From Clostridium bovifaecis (GTDB lineage: Bacteria; Bacillota; Clostridia; Clostridiales; Clostridiaceae), in contig CP046522.1 of assembly GCA_009738435.1 (NCBI GenBank), positions 185,249 through 217,248 on the forward strand: 32,000 bases of DNA, in the 5' to 3' direction. This document shows positions 16,966 to 26,113 of this stretch, one piece after another; position 1 is the first letter of the stretch; every line of letters begins with the position of its first letter. The translations under genes and the position numbers were made by a program. Below the pieces are notes generated by a model. It was given only the letters and a program-made list of their open reading frames with translations, searched no databases and was not told the DNA's origin.

Positions 16966-17118
16966 AAACAGAGTCCTAGCCGCTCACGGAGGTTAGTTCA
17001 CCTTGAAGCGTAGAAGTTGTTATCTATAGATGTAGATAACTGTACTTAAAAGAATAGGAAGTCTTATGATAGACATGGATAAATTTTAATCATAAGCTAA
17101 AGATTTGGAGGAATGATT

Positions 17119-17886
17119 ATGATATTTGATTCGCACGCACACTATGATGATGATAGATTTAATGAAGATAGAGAAGCAGTTATAAAAGAAATACAAGGTA
17201 ATGGAGTAATAGGAGTTTTGAATTGTGGTGCATCTCTTCAAGGAGCTAGAGATTCTTTAAAATTAGCCAAAGAATATGACTTTTTCTATGCAGCAGTTGG
17301 AATTCACCCAGAAAATGCTGATGAGCTTACAAATGAAGCTTTTGAAGAAATAAAGGAAATGACTAAAAACCCAAAAGTAAGAGCTATAGGAGAAATAGGT
17401 CTTGATTATTATTGGGAGGAGAATCCACCAAAAGAAATCCAAAAAGAAGTTTTTAGGAAGCAAATGGCTCTTGCTAGAGAGTTAAACTTGCCAGTAATAA
17501 TTCACGATAGAGAAGCTCATGGTGATACTTTGGGTGTAATGAAGAATTTTCCAGAGGTTAAAGGAGTACTACACTGCTTCTCAGGAAGTGTGGAGTTTGC
17601 TCGAGAATGTTTAAGGCTAGGATATTACATAGGATTTACAGGAGTTGTAACTTTTAAAAATGCTAAAAAAATATTAGAAGTAGCAAGAGAAGTTCCTATG
17701 GATAGAATTTTAGTTGAAACAGATGCTCCTTATATGGCGCCAACACCACATAGGGGAAAAAGGAATCAATCAGATTATATAAAATTTATTATTGAGAAAA
17801 TCGCTGAAATAAAGGGGATTTCAGCAGAAGAATTGGAACAAAAAACCATAAACAATACTAAAAACTTGCTAAAAATTAAATCCTAG
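17119..17886 (+). CDS. tatD: TatD-family metal-dependent DNase/hydrolase (YabD-like)
   Basis: MIFDSHAHYDD start motif, GEIGLDYYW, IIHDREAH and ETDAPYM metal-ligand motifs. I chose ATG 17119 (6-7 nt after GGAGGA) rather than the track start at 17113. Conserved position after metG. Confidence 0.92.
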   Translation: MIFDSHAHYDDDRFNEDREAVIKEIQGNGVIGVLNCGASLQGARDSLKLAKEYDFFYAAVGIHPENADELTNEAFEEIKEMTKNPKVRAIGEIGLDYYWEENPPKEIQKEVFRKQMALARELNLPVIIHDREAHGDTLGVMKNFPEVKGVLHCFSGSVEFARECLRLGYYIGFTGVVTFKNAKKILEVAREVPMDRILVETDAPYMAPTPHRGKRNQSDYIKFIIEKIAEIKGISAEELEQKTINNTKNLLKIKS

Positions 17887-18114
17887 TGTAAAATATATTT
17901 ACAGCTTTTTAACATAATAAGGTAATGAATATGGTTTAAGTATAGTTTAATAAACAGTGAATAAAAAGGAACAAACTGGCAATAATCTAACATAAGTGCC
18001 TAATTATAGTCATAATATAATATAAATAGGCATTTAACTAAGAAAGCTATAAGATGAAGACTATGCAGATAATGCATTTTTATTAACTTATTAATAAGGC
18101 AAAAGAGGCTTAAT

Positions 18115-18143
18115 TTGACGAATTTTGATATGTACGGTATAAT
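18115..18143 (+). promoter_or_regulatory. SigA-type promoter of the yabE-like gene
   Basis: TTGACG (18115-18120), exactly 17-nt spacer, TATAAT (18138-18143). Confidence 0.65.
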
Positions 18144-18175
18144 GGTTGAGTTACTTTTGTCAAGGAGGTTTATGT

Positions 18176-19216
18176 ATGTTACAAAAATTTAAAAGCGACA
18201 TAAGAACCTACTTCTCAAATGGACCTAAAGTACTTTTTGTAGCCGTGCTAATCTGTATGTGTGGCGTGATAGGACTGCTGAATATGGAGAAGAGTGTAAA
18301 CATCGTGGTTGATGGACAGGAAATTAGTGTAATGACTTATAGAAGCAGTGTATCAGATGTACTTAAAAAAAATAACATAGTCCTAGGTCCTAAGGATATA
18401 GTAGAACCAGACGTAAATAGTAAGATAAAATCAGGAGACACTATAAGAATAGAAAAAGCCGTTAATGTAGAACTAGAGATGGATGGTAAAACTACAACTA
18501 TTCTTACTAACGCAGACAGCGTTGAAGAATTGTTAAAAGAAGAAAAAGTAGTCTTAGGAAAAGAAGATAAAATTTCACCATCTAAAGAGGAACATATTAA
18601 AAATGATCTTAAGATAGCAATTACTAGAGTGAATACAAAAATAGAAAAAAAGGTTGAGTCTATTGAATTTGCTACTGAGATAAGAAAAGATGATTCATTA
18701 AAAGAAGGACGAAAGAAAGTTGTACAAGAAGGTACAGCTGGTCAGAAGGAAATAAACATAAAAGTTGTATATCAAAACGGAAAAGAAGTATCTAGAGAAG
18801 TAGTAGAAGAGAAAGTGGTCAAAAAGCCTACAACTAAAGTAGTTGCTATGGGTACAATGAAAGAAGTAAAACTCTCTCGTGGAGGCAGCGTAAATTACGC
18901 TAGCAAGTACAGAATGAGAGCTACTGCCTATACAGCAAGCTACAGAGATACAGGTAAAAACCCTGGGGATAGAGGCTTTGGACTTACCGCATCTGGAACT
19001 AGAGTAAAAAGAAATCCTGAAGGCTACAGCACTGTTGCTGTAGACCCAAGAATCATCCCACTTGGAACAAAATTATATATAGATGGATACGGCTATGCTA
19101 TTGCCGAGGATACTGGTAGCGCTATTAAAGGTAATAAGATAGATTTATACTTTAGTAGCGATGCACAGGTAAGCAGGTGGGGAGCAAGATACGTGGATGT
19201 ATATGTAGTTAAATAG
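18176..19216 (+). CDS. yabE: DUF348-G5-3D domain cell-wall protein (YabE / RpfB-like)
   Basis: N-terminal TM, repeated DUF348-like segments, a G5-like segment (VVQEGTAGQKEINIKVVYQNGKEVSREVV) and a C-terminal 3D domain (ATAYTA...VAVDPRIIPLGTKLYIDGYGYAIAEDTGSAIKGNKIDLYF). Start moved to ATG 18176 behind AGGAGG; the track TTG at 18146 has no RBS. Confidence 0.88.
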   Translation: MLQKFKSDIRTYFSNGPKVLFVAVLICMCGVIGLLNMEKSVNIVVDGQEISVMTYRSSVSDVLKKNNIVLGPKDIVEPDVNSKIKSGDTIRIEKAVNVELEMDGKTTTILTNADSVEELLKEEKVVLGKEDKISPSKEEHIKNDLKIAITRVNTKIEKKVESIEFATEIRKDDSLKEGRKKVVQEGTAGQKEINIKVVYQNGKEVSREVVEEKVVKKPTTKVVAMGTMKEVKLSRGGSVNYASKYRMRATAYTASYRDTGKNPGDRGFGLTASGTRVKRNPEGYSTVAVDPRIIPLGTKLYIDGYGYAIAEDTGSAIKGNKIDLYFSSDAQVSRWGARYVDVYVVK

Positions 19217-19238
19217 AGCGCTTGCGCTCTATTTTTTT
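19215..19238 (+). terminator. Intrinsic terminator of the yabE-like gene
   Basis: AGAGCGC-TT-GCGCTCT hairpin followed by ATTTTTTT. Confidence 0.8.
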
Positions 19239-19467
19239 GCTAATGAATTGTAAAGGAAATAAATATGTGTACATCTTTATTTTTATTCTTTTTGCTTGAC
19301 ATAATAATACATATAGTTAAAAATATTAGAGAAGGTATCTGATAAGCAGATAACATAAATCTATGATTTATTGTGAATCGCTTACTCGTCTGACTAGAAG
19401 AAAGAGGAGTTTCGAATAAAACAAGTGAAAAGGTAGCAACGATTGGTGAGTGGAGGCTTTTATTAAT

Positions 19468-20034
19468 ATGATGATAAAAGAAGTTATTGTAGTTGAAGGA
19501 AGAGATGATATAACTGCTGTGAAAAGAGCTGTAGATGCAGAAATAATAGCTGTAGGTGGTTTTGGAATTAATGCTAAAGTAATAGAGAGAATAAAAGAGG
19601 CTCAAAAAAGGCAAGGGGTAATTATATTTACTGACCCTGATTTTGCGGGGGAGAAAATAAGAAGAATTATATCAAAGAGAGTAAAAGGAATAAAGCATGC
19701 CTACATAACTAAGCAAGAAGGACTTAAAGATGATGACATAGGAGTGGAAAATGCATCGCCTGAGACTATAATAAAAGCTTTAGAAAAGGCAAAATGCGAA
19801 GTTAAAGAAAAAAGAGATGAGTTCGGGTCTGAGGATTTATACTTTTTTAAGCTTACAGGAAGCAGCGAGGCAAAACAGAGAAGGGAAGCATTAGGGAGAG
19901 AATTAGGAATAGGTTATTGCAATTCTGCGCAATTTATAACTAGACTTAATAATTACGGAATAAGCAAAGAGGAATTTGTGAAAGCATTAAAGAAGGTTAA
20001 TAAGGAGATAAACAATGGAGAAAGTAACAACTAG
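19468..20034 (+). CDS. rnmV: Ribonuclease M5 (TOPRIM domain)
   Basis: [30 protein letters not shown]...[20 protein letters not shown] pattern. Conserved position immediately upstream of, and overlapping, rsmA. Start taken at ATG 19468 or 19471 after GGAGG. Confidence 0.9.
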   Translation: MMIKEVIVVEGRDDITAVKRAVDAEIIAVGGFGINAKVIERIKEAQKRQGVIIFTDPDFAGEKIRRIISKRVKGIKHAYITKQEGLKDDDIGVENASPETIIKALEKAKCEVKEKRDEFGSEDLYFFKLTGSSEAKQRREALGRELGIGYCNSAQFITRLNNYGISKEEFVKALKKVNKEINNGESNN

Positions 20035-20866
20035 AGATGTTGTAAGAAAATATAATTTCAAATTTACTAAAAGCCTAGGTCAAAATTTTTTAGTAGATGA
20101 TACTGTTTTAGAGGATATAGTAAGAGGGGCAGATGTATCTAAGGAGGACCTTGTAATAGAAATTGGACCGGGAGTAGGAACTCTTACAAGAGAACTTTTA
20201 GCTAAAGCTAAGAAGGTATATGCTATTGAGCTTGATTCAGATCTAATTCCTATACTGCAGGAAGAACTTAAGGATTTTGATAATTTTGAGCTTATTCATA
20301 AGGATGCTTTAAAGGTAGATTTTGATGAAATAATAGGTGAGGAGAAAAGCGTTAAAGTGGTAGCAAATCTGCCATATTACGTTACAACCCCAATAATAGC
20401 GAATTTGATTACAAAAGGATATAATTTCAAGTCGCTAACTATAATGATTCAAAAGGAAGTTGCAGAAAGGATAGATGCAGAACCAAACAATAAAGATTAT
20501 GGTTCTTTATCTATACTAGTCCAATATTATTGTGATACAAAAATATTAAGAAGAGTACCTCCAGCCTCCTTTATACCGCAGCCTAAGGTGGATTCTATAG
20601 TGATAAGATTGGATAAATTAGATAAGCCTAGGGTTCAGGTAAGAGATAAAGACTTATTCTTTAAAGTAGTAAGACAATCTTTCAATATGAGAAGAAAGAC
20701 TTTAAGGAATGCAGTAAAAAGCTTGGGAATGCTAGATTCTGAAGAAATGGAAAAGGCTTTTAAAGAAGCAGGAATAGATCCTAAGAGAAGAGGAGAAACT
20801 CTAAGTCTTCAAGAGTTTGCAAATTTAACTGACAGCATTTATAACGTTAAAAATCATAATGGATAA
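20015..20866 (+). CDS. rsmA: 16S rRNA (adenine1518/1519-N6)-dimethyltransferase
   Basis: [10 protein letters not shown] motif, SAM-binding [15 protein letters not shown] motif. 20-nt overlap with rnmV. Confidence 0.95.
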   Translation: MEKVTTRDVVRKYNFKFTKSLGQNFLVDDTVLEDIVRGADVSKEDLVIEIGPGVGTLTRELLAKAKKVYAIELDSDLIPILQEELKDFDNFELIHKDALKVDFDEIIGEEKSVKVVANLPYYVTTPIIANLITKGYNFKSLTIMIQKEVAERIDAEPNNKDYGSLSILVQYYCDTKILRRVPPASFIPQPKVDSIVIRLDKLDKPRVQVRDKDLFFKVVRQSFNMRRKTLRNAVKSLGMLDSEEMEKAFKEAGIDPKRRGETLSLQEFANLTDSIYNVKNHNG

Positions 20867-20933
20867 CTTAGAAAATTTTTATTAATACATATGATCATAG
20901 GATAAAAATAAAAAAGATTAAAGTATAATATTT

Positions 20934-20974
20934 GAAAAGTTTAGTAGATAGAACTACTGAACTTTTCTTTTTTT
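20934..20974 (+). terminator. Intrinsic terminator after rsmA
   Basis: GAAAAGTTTAGTAG / CTACTGAACTTTTC hairpin with one G-T pair, followed by TTTTTTT. Confidence 0.7.
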
Positions 20975-21066
20975 AAAGTTTTTGTCTATTTTTTGAAAAA
21001 ATCACATATATTATAATAATGAAAAAATGAATAAATCATTGAATAAGTTGTATAGGGGGTAAATCG

Positions 21067-22374
21067 GTGGCAGCTAAAAGAAATTACAGCAGATACTTTA
21101 TTATATTACAAGAAGATGAGAGAGGCTATTCAACAGATAATAATAAATTTCCTACAGGATATGCAAAGGTTGAAAAAAAGAATGATAAATGTAAGGTGTC
21201 CTATTATGTACAGAATCTAAAGAAAAACAAAGATTCCTATTATATGGTTCTAATATGTGATAGAAAGAGCGATAAGAGAATACTAAGACTAGGAGAAATA
21301 AACATTGATAATTATGGAAGAGCAGAAGTGTCGTATGAATATGATGCAAATAATGTAGCAAACTGCAATGTACCTATGGATACCATTAAGGGAGCGGCAA
21401 TAGTAAGGTTAGAAGGCTCTAATGTGCATGGAGTGTTAACAGGCTTTGTTAATGGAGCTAAATTAGAGGATTGGAAGAGCTATGCCGTAATTGAAAATAA
21501 AGAAAGAGCTAAAGAAGAAAAGAAGCCTGAGGAACCCAAGAAAGAAAATTTAAAAGAGATCAAGGATGAAGTGAAAATACCTAAAATAGCAGAAGATGAA
21601 GTTATTATAAAAAGAGAAGAGAATATATTTGATGAGTATGAAAACAACATAGAAGCTGCTAAGAACATAAATATTGAAGAAAATAAGGATGTTATGGCTG
21701 CTAATACAGAACAGCCTAGCGAGGATAGAGGAGTAGGGAAATCTGAAATAGAAGACGAAGAAGTTGGAGATACGCAGGCTAAAGACACAGAAACTGTAGA
21801 AGATTCCGAAACTCAAAGACAAGAGGAAGAAGTAGAAGAAGCAGAAGAACAAGAAAGAGAAGCTAATGAAGAAAATGAGGTTGAGGAAGCAAAGCGAAAT
21901 ATACATCGTGAAAGCAAAGAAGAAAAAAGAGATGAGGATTATCCAATAGGGAACGTAGGAAAGTTTTTTAGAGATATTGCAAAGGATTTAGAAGAGGTAA
22001 AAGATGCATGCGCAGAGGTAGGAAAATGCAGATGGTATAGGATTAGCTGTAAGGAATTCATGAATGTAAATCCAACTAAAGACTTTAATAAGTATACAAC
22101 CTTATACTATCCAATGAGCAGTTATTATCCATATATTAAGAAGCATGGGCATTACTTAGTAGGATATAAATGCGATAGAAGTGGAAGTATGAAGTATCTC
22201 GTGTATGCAATACCAGGAACTAGGGCGGTATATGATCAGCCGTTTGGAGGAGCCACAGGATTTGTTACATGGGTTGCTAACAATAAAAATGAAAGTAGAG
22301 AATATAATATAGGATATTGGTTAATGTTCTATGATTTCAAAAATTCAACAGTAGTAGTTCCGGTTAAGAGGTAA
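21067..22374 (+). CDS. Hypothetical protein: N-terminal beta-rich domain, about 150-aa E/K-rich acidic spacer, conserved-looking Y/W-rich C-terminal domain
   Basis: 435-aa ORF with a GTG start 6-7 nt after AGGGGG. The middle (about 21480-21960) is low complexity, e.g. QEEEVEEAEEQEREANEENEVEEAK. C-terminal ...CRWYRISCKEF...YLVYAIPG...GYWLMFYDF. No family recognised. Confidence 0.6.
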   Translation: MAAKRNYSRYFIILQEDERGYSTDNNKFPTGYAKVEKKNDKCKVSYYVQNLKKNKDSYYMVLICDRKSDKRILRLGEINIDNYGRAEVSYEYDANNVANCNVPMDTIKGAAIVRLEGSNVHGVLTGFVNGAKLEDWKSYAVIENKERAKEEKKPEEPKKENLKEIKDEVKIPKIAEDEVIIKREENIFDEYENNIEAAKNINIEENKDVMAANTEQPSEDRGVGKSEIEDEEVGDTQAKDTETVEDSETQRQEEEVEEAEEQEREANEENEVEEAKRNIHRESKEEKRDEDYPIGNVGKFFRDIAKDLEEVKDACAEVGKCRWYRISCKEFMNVNPTKDFNKYTTLYYPMSSYYPYIKKHGHYLVGYKCDRSGSMKYLVYAIPGTRAVYDQPFGGATGFVTWVANNKNESREYNIGYWLMFYDFKNSTVVVPVKR

Positions 22375-22380
22375 GGTCTT

Positions 22381-22410
22381 AACTAACTGCTTAAATTTAA
22401 GCAGTTAGTT
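22381..22410 (+). terminator. Perfect 30-nt palindrome; probable terminator
   Basis: AACTAACTGCTTAAATTTAAGCAGTTAGTT is its own reverse complement. It starts 7 nt after the stop codon and is followed by a T-rich tract. Confidence 0.65.
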
Positions 22411-22574
22411 TTGGTATTTTTTGAGTTAAGCAGAGAACATAAATCTGTGATTTGTTCAGAATCACCTAAGCAGACATCTCAAATTTACTATTTGGTGATG
22501 GGCGCTTACTCTGTGAATACTTATCTGATTGTAAAGAAGATAAGATTCATAACTATATATTATGGGGGAGTTTT

Positions 22575-23162
22575 ATGAAGATAATAATAATGAACAGAAG
22601 GAAACTGCAAGTTTTTCTTATACTTATGGTTTTGATGGCAATATTATTTGGTGTTGGAGAAATGTTAAAGGGTCAGCTAAAATCCGTAAGTTTTATGCAA
22701 AATAATATAAAAGCACTAAAAACCTTTGAAGCCTTAGATGGCAGCATTTCTTACAAACTTCCTTCGGAATGGACTACGGATATAAAGAGTTTTCCAGGGA
22801 ATCAAATAATATATCATAATGATTTCACATCAAAGGATTTGCTCATAAACGGATTTGTACAAGTATGGGATGAGCAAGAGGACTTAAAAGAATTCTTAGA
22901 TATAAGTAAAAAAGTATCAGAAGGTCAAAATAAAATTAAAAACTATAAAATTACAAATATAAAGGTAGACAATAAAGAGGGATATTTAGTAAAGTATAAT
23001 ATGAATTCAAGAGATATAGACTATACGGCATATGAATACTTTATTAAATATAAGAAAGGGTTTATTAGATTTTCGTTTTTTACCAAGAGCAAGGATTTTA
23101 AAGAGTACATGAAAGCTTTGTATGACTCTATAGTGAAGACTGTAGAAGTAAAAGAGGCCTAA
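22575..23162 (+). CDS. Hypothetical signal-anchored protein
   Basis: 195-aa ORF, RBS GGGGGAG, N-terminal TM LQVFLILMVLMAILFGV. No family recognised. Confidence 0.6.
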   Translation: MKIIIMNRRKLQVFLILMVLMAILFGVGEMLKGQLKSVSFMQNNIKALKTFEALDGSISYKLPSEWTTDIKSFPGNQIIYHNDFTSKDLLINGFVQVWDEQEDLKEFLDISKKVSEGQNKIKNYKITNIKVDNKEGYLVKYNMNSRDIDYTAYEYFIKYKKGFIRFSFFTKSKDFKEYMKALYDSIVKTVEVKEA

Positions 23163-23345
23163 TTTCATTGATTTACATATACTAAAGTATTATAATTTTA
23201 TATGAGGAATAAAAGAAGCCTAGTGCTTCTTTTATTATTAAGTAGACATGCTAAATTTTTCATTTAGTGTGAGTAGATTACTTTTTGATATTCATATCAG
23301 GACCATATCACAAGATAAAACTAGAGAATTTGCTAGGAGGATAAA

Positions 23346-24173
23346 ATGATGAATAAAAGGATAAATATACTGATTATAGTGCTAATAATCATATTTAGTA
23401 ATGCCTTAGTAGGATGTAAAAGAGTAGACGACTTTAAGGTAAGGTTAGGCATGAAGAATAAAGATTTTGAATATATAAATGAGGGCAGGATAAGTAAAGT
23501 AACAATACAAAACAAAAGAGACAAGGGGTATACCTTTATAATTACGGACAAAGATGCAATAAAAGAGTTATACGACATACTATCTAAGGCAAAGGAAGTT
23601 GAGAATAAGATTACTTTAGATTCCGACTATATGTTAGAATTTCATGAAGGTGTAAATAAGGTGTATAAATTTAATTATGTAGCTGGATTAGATAAGAAGG
23701 ATTTAGGAAACTTATATAGTGATGATAAGATATATATCGTATCAAAAAGATTAGATGATGATATAATGAAAAATTTCTGGAACATAAGAAAGCCCAATAA
23801 ATTTAAAGAAGTCTATTATATGTCTATGAATAAAGCTATAGAAGATTATAGAAAGAGTTTGGGAAAAGATAAGAAGATAGGTATAGATATTAGTGATGAA
23901 GAAGTGGCTAAGTTTATTTTAACCATGGATATAGAAGAATTTAAAGAAGGACTAGGTAGCAAGGAAGAATTGATAACCGATGATGATAGGAATAAATATG
24001 ATGTCACAATGGACATAAAAACTCAGGGATATAAGACAGACATATATAAATGCATAATAACTTTCTTTAACAAGGAAACTAAAAAGGAAACAAAATATTA
24101 TTTTGTAAATAAGTATGACTTAAACTTTTGGAAATTTAATTTTACCAAAGATAAAGAACCAGAAAACTTTTAA
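23346..24173 (+). CDS. Putative lipoprotein
   Basis: Signal peptide with lipobox LVGC (MMNKRINILIIVLIIIFSNALVGC). RBS TAGGAGG. No family recognised. Confidence 0.65.
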   Translation: MMNKRINILIIVLIIIFSNALVGCKRVDDFKVRLGMKNKDFEYINEGRISKVTIQNKRDKGYTFIITDKDAIKELYDILSKAKEVENKITLDSDYMLEFHEGVNKVYKFNYVAGLDKKDLGNLYSDDKIYIVSKRLDDDIMKNFWNIRKPNKFKEVYYMSMNKAIEDYRKSLGKDKKIGIDISDEEVAKFILTMDIEEFKEGLGSKEELITDDDRNKYDVTMDIKTQGYKTDIYKCIITFFNKETKKETKYYFVNKYDLNFWKFNFTKDKEPENF

Positions 24174-24186
24174 AAAATAATTATAG

Positions 24187-24195
24187 TGGTATAAT
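24187..24195 (+). promoter_or_regulatory. Extended -10 promoter element (TGgTATAAT) upstream of the Mrp/NBP35 gene
   Basis: TGGTATAAT read directly. No good -35. Places the transcription start at about 24201-24203, at the start of the TAAGCAGATA motif. Confidence 0.45.
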
Positions 24196-24263
24196 GGTAC
24201 TTAAGCAGATATTTGGAATCTATGATTCGATAATATGTATTTTAGACAAAGGAGGAGTAAAGA

Positions 24264-25103
24264 ATGAGTGATTGTAATAGTTGTCCAAGTAAAGGAACAT
24301 GTAATGAGCAAAGTTGTTCAAAGATGCTTCCTAAGTATGGAGTTATAAAAAATATAATTGGGGTTATAAGTGGTAAAGGCGGAGTTGGGAAATCTACAGT
24401 TACAGGGATACTTGCAGCGCAACTTTCTAAGAAAGGATACAAGGTTGGAGTACTAGATTCAGATATAACAGGTCCATCTATGCCAAGGATTTTGGGAATA
24501 AGCGATAAGAGGGCTCAAATGATTCAATATGAAGGGGAAGAAAATCAACCAAGGTTTATTCCTGTAGAAACTGAAAGTGGAATAAAGGTAATGTCACTAA
24601 ACCTTCTTATAGAAGAGGAAGATCAACCAGTAATTTGGAGAGGGCCTTTACTTACAGGAATTTTGAATCAGATGTACGGAGATACAGTATGGGGAGAATT
24701 AGACTATCTTCTTATAGATATGCCTCCAGGTACTGGAGACGTTGCTCTAACAATAATGCAAAGTCTGCCTATAACGGGAATGGTAGTAGTTTCAACGCCT
24801 CAAGATATGGTTTCTATGATTGTTAAAAAGGTTGTTGTAATGATAGAAAAGATGGATATAAATATACTAGGGGTAGTAGAAAATATGTCTTATATAAAGT
24901 GCGGTAGTTGTGGTGAAAAGATAAGAGTATTCAGTAAAAAACCTGCAGAAGAACATGTTGAGTATCTTGGGGTACCTCTTCTTGCGGAAATGCCTATAAA
25001 CTTAGATTTAGCTGAAAACTTAGAAAAGGGAGAAATGGAAAGTTTCATCAAGAATTCACCGGAGTATGATGAATTAATCAATAGCTTTATGAAAAAGTTA
25101 TAA
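24264..25103 (+). CDS. Mrp/NBP35/ApbC-family Fe-S cluster carrier ATPase
   Basis: Deviant Walker A ISGKGGVGKSTV, DMPPGTGD, conserved CGSCGEK motif, N-terminal Cys cluster CNSCPSKGTCNEQSC. RBS AAGGAGGAG. Confidence 0.9.
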   Translation: MSDCNSCPSKGTCNEQSCSKMLPKYGVIKNIIGVISGKGGVGKSTVTGILAAQLSKKGYKVGVLDSDITGPSMPRILGISDKRAQMIQYEGEENQPRFIPVETESGIKVMSLNLLIEEEDQPVIWRGPLLTGILNQMYGDTVWGELDYLLIDMPPGTGDVALTIMQSLPITGMVVVSTPQDMVSMIVKKVVVMIEKMDINILGVVENMSYIKCGSCGEKIRVFSKKPAEEHVEYLGVPLLAEMPINLDLAENLEKGEMESFIKNSPEYDELINSFMKKL

Positions 25104-25146
25104 AAGTAATATAAAGCTAACATAAAATATAAGGTTAATATAAAAT

Positions 25147-25190
25147 AAATAGACAGTGGAAATTATAAGTCCGCTGTCTATTTATTTTCA
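25147..25190 (+). terminator. Intrinsic terminator after the Mrp-family gene
   Basis: AAATAGACAG / CTGTCTATTT 10-bp stem with a 17-nt loop, followed by a T-rich tract. Confidence 0.65.
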
Positions 25191-25350
25191 TCTCATATTT
25201 TTATATAAATGTTTTATTTTCAATTAACAATTTTACTTTAAGGGAATATTATAAATAACTAAGCAATAATCACATAAGATATATAAATATATGTTTAAGA
25301 ACAAGACAAGGATGAAAATAAAATACAGATTAAAGGAGTTTGTTTTTGTC

Positions 25351-26058
25351 ATGAATTACTATTCTATATTATTAAGGCTAGGTGCAGCAATTTTAATCGG
25401 TGGACTTTTAGGGTACGAAAGAGAATATAAAAATAGGCCTGCTGGACTTAGAACTCATATATTAGTATGCGTCGGGGCTGCAGTAATATCTATGATTCAA
25501 ATGAAGATTATTGATGATACTGCAAAAACTATATTACTGCATCCTGAAATGGCGGCTGCTTTAAAAGCAGATATGGGACGTCTTGGTGCTCAGGTTATCT
25601 CAGGAATAGGTTTTTTAGGGGTAGGTACTATAATTCACGATAAGGGTTCGGTAAAAGGACTTACAACAGCAGCTAGTATTTGGGTAACAGCGTGTATTGG
25701 ACTTGCTATTGGAATGGGGTACTATTTTTTAAGTTTCGCATCAGCTATAGGGGTTTTGGTAGTTGTGGTTTGTATGAAAAGTTTTGAATCTAGTTTTTTT
25801 GGTAGGATAAAAGCTGTTAAGTTGGATATTGAGTATCATAACAAAGGAGATTTAAATGTAGAATTAAATAGATATTTTAAAGCAAAAAATATTAAGGTTA
25901 AGGACGAGATATTTATAATAGAAAAAGGCTTAATAAGAACTCCTTTTAGAAAGTGTTCATACACTATACTAGTATCTAAGTATGCAAATCTTCTAAAAAT
26001 AGAAGAAGACCTAAATAAAATTGAGCAAATCGTTAAAGCAAAAATAATACAAAATTAA
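25351..26058 (+). CDS. MgtC/SapB-family membrane protein
   Basis: N-terminal LLRLGAAILIGGLLGYEREYKNRPAGLRTHILV signature. Four to five TM segments plus a C-terminal soluble ACT-like domain. I chose ATG 25351 behind AAGGAG; the 20-codon extension in the track has no RBS. Confidence 0.85.
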   Translation: MNYYSILLRLGAAILIGGLLGYEREYKNRPAGLRTHILVCVGAAVISMIQMKIIDDTAKTILLHPEMAAALKADMGRLGAQVISGIGFLGVGTIIHDKGSVKGLTTAASIWVTACIGLAIGMGYYFLSFASAIGVLVVVVCMKSFESSFFGRIKAVKLDIEYHNKGDLNVELNRYFKAKNIKVKDEIFIIEKGLIRTPFRKCSYTILVSKYANLLKIEEDLNKIEQIVKAKIIQN

Positions 26059-26113
26059 AATATTTATATTTTTAGTCACATACTAAACTTAAATAAGTTT
26101 AGGGGTGGTTTAA

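Noticed and set aside
17890-18175. Looked for a c-di-AMP (ydaO-type) riboswitch upstream of the yabE/Rpf-like cell-wall gene
   Set aside because: The region is uniformly AT-rich, with no GC-rich conserved cores. It contains only a near-consensus SigA promoter 30-60 nt from the start codon, leaving no room for a riboswitch.
18146-18175. N-terminal extensions in the ORF track (18146, 17113, 19450, 25291, 26602)
   Set aside because: Each extension lacks a Shine-Dalgarno. An internal ATG with a well-spaced GGAGG-type RBS also gives the N-terminus typical of the family, so the downstream starts were preferred.
19240-19614. 124-aa minus-strand ORF spanning the yabE-rnmV intergenic region
   Set aside because: It overlaps the rnmV start and the promoter/leader region. 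Its composition is extreme (S/F/Y/I) and it has no RBS. The region is better explained as a terminator, promoter and conserved leader motif.
25104-25350. Looked for an M-box (Mg2+) riboswitch upstream of the MgtC-family gene
   Set aside because: No long structured GC-containing leader is present. I see only a terminator hairpin of the upstream gene followed by AT-rich spacer.
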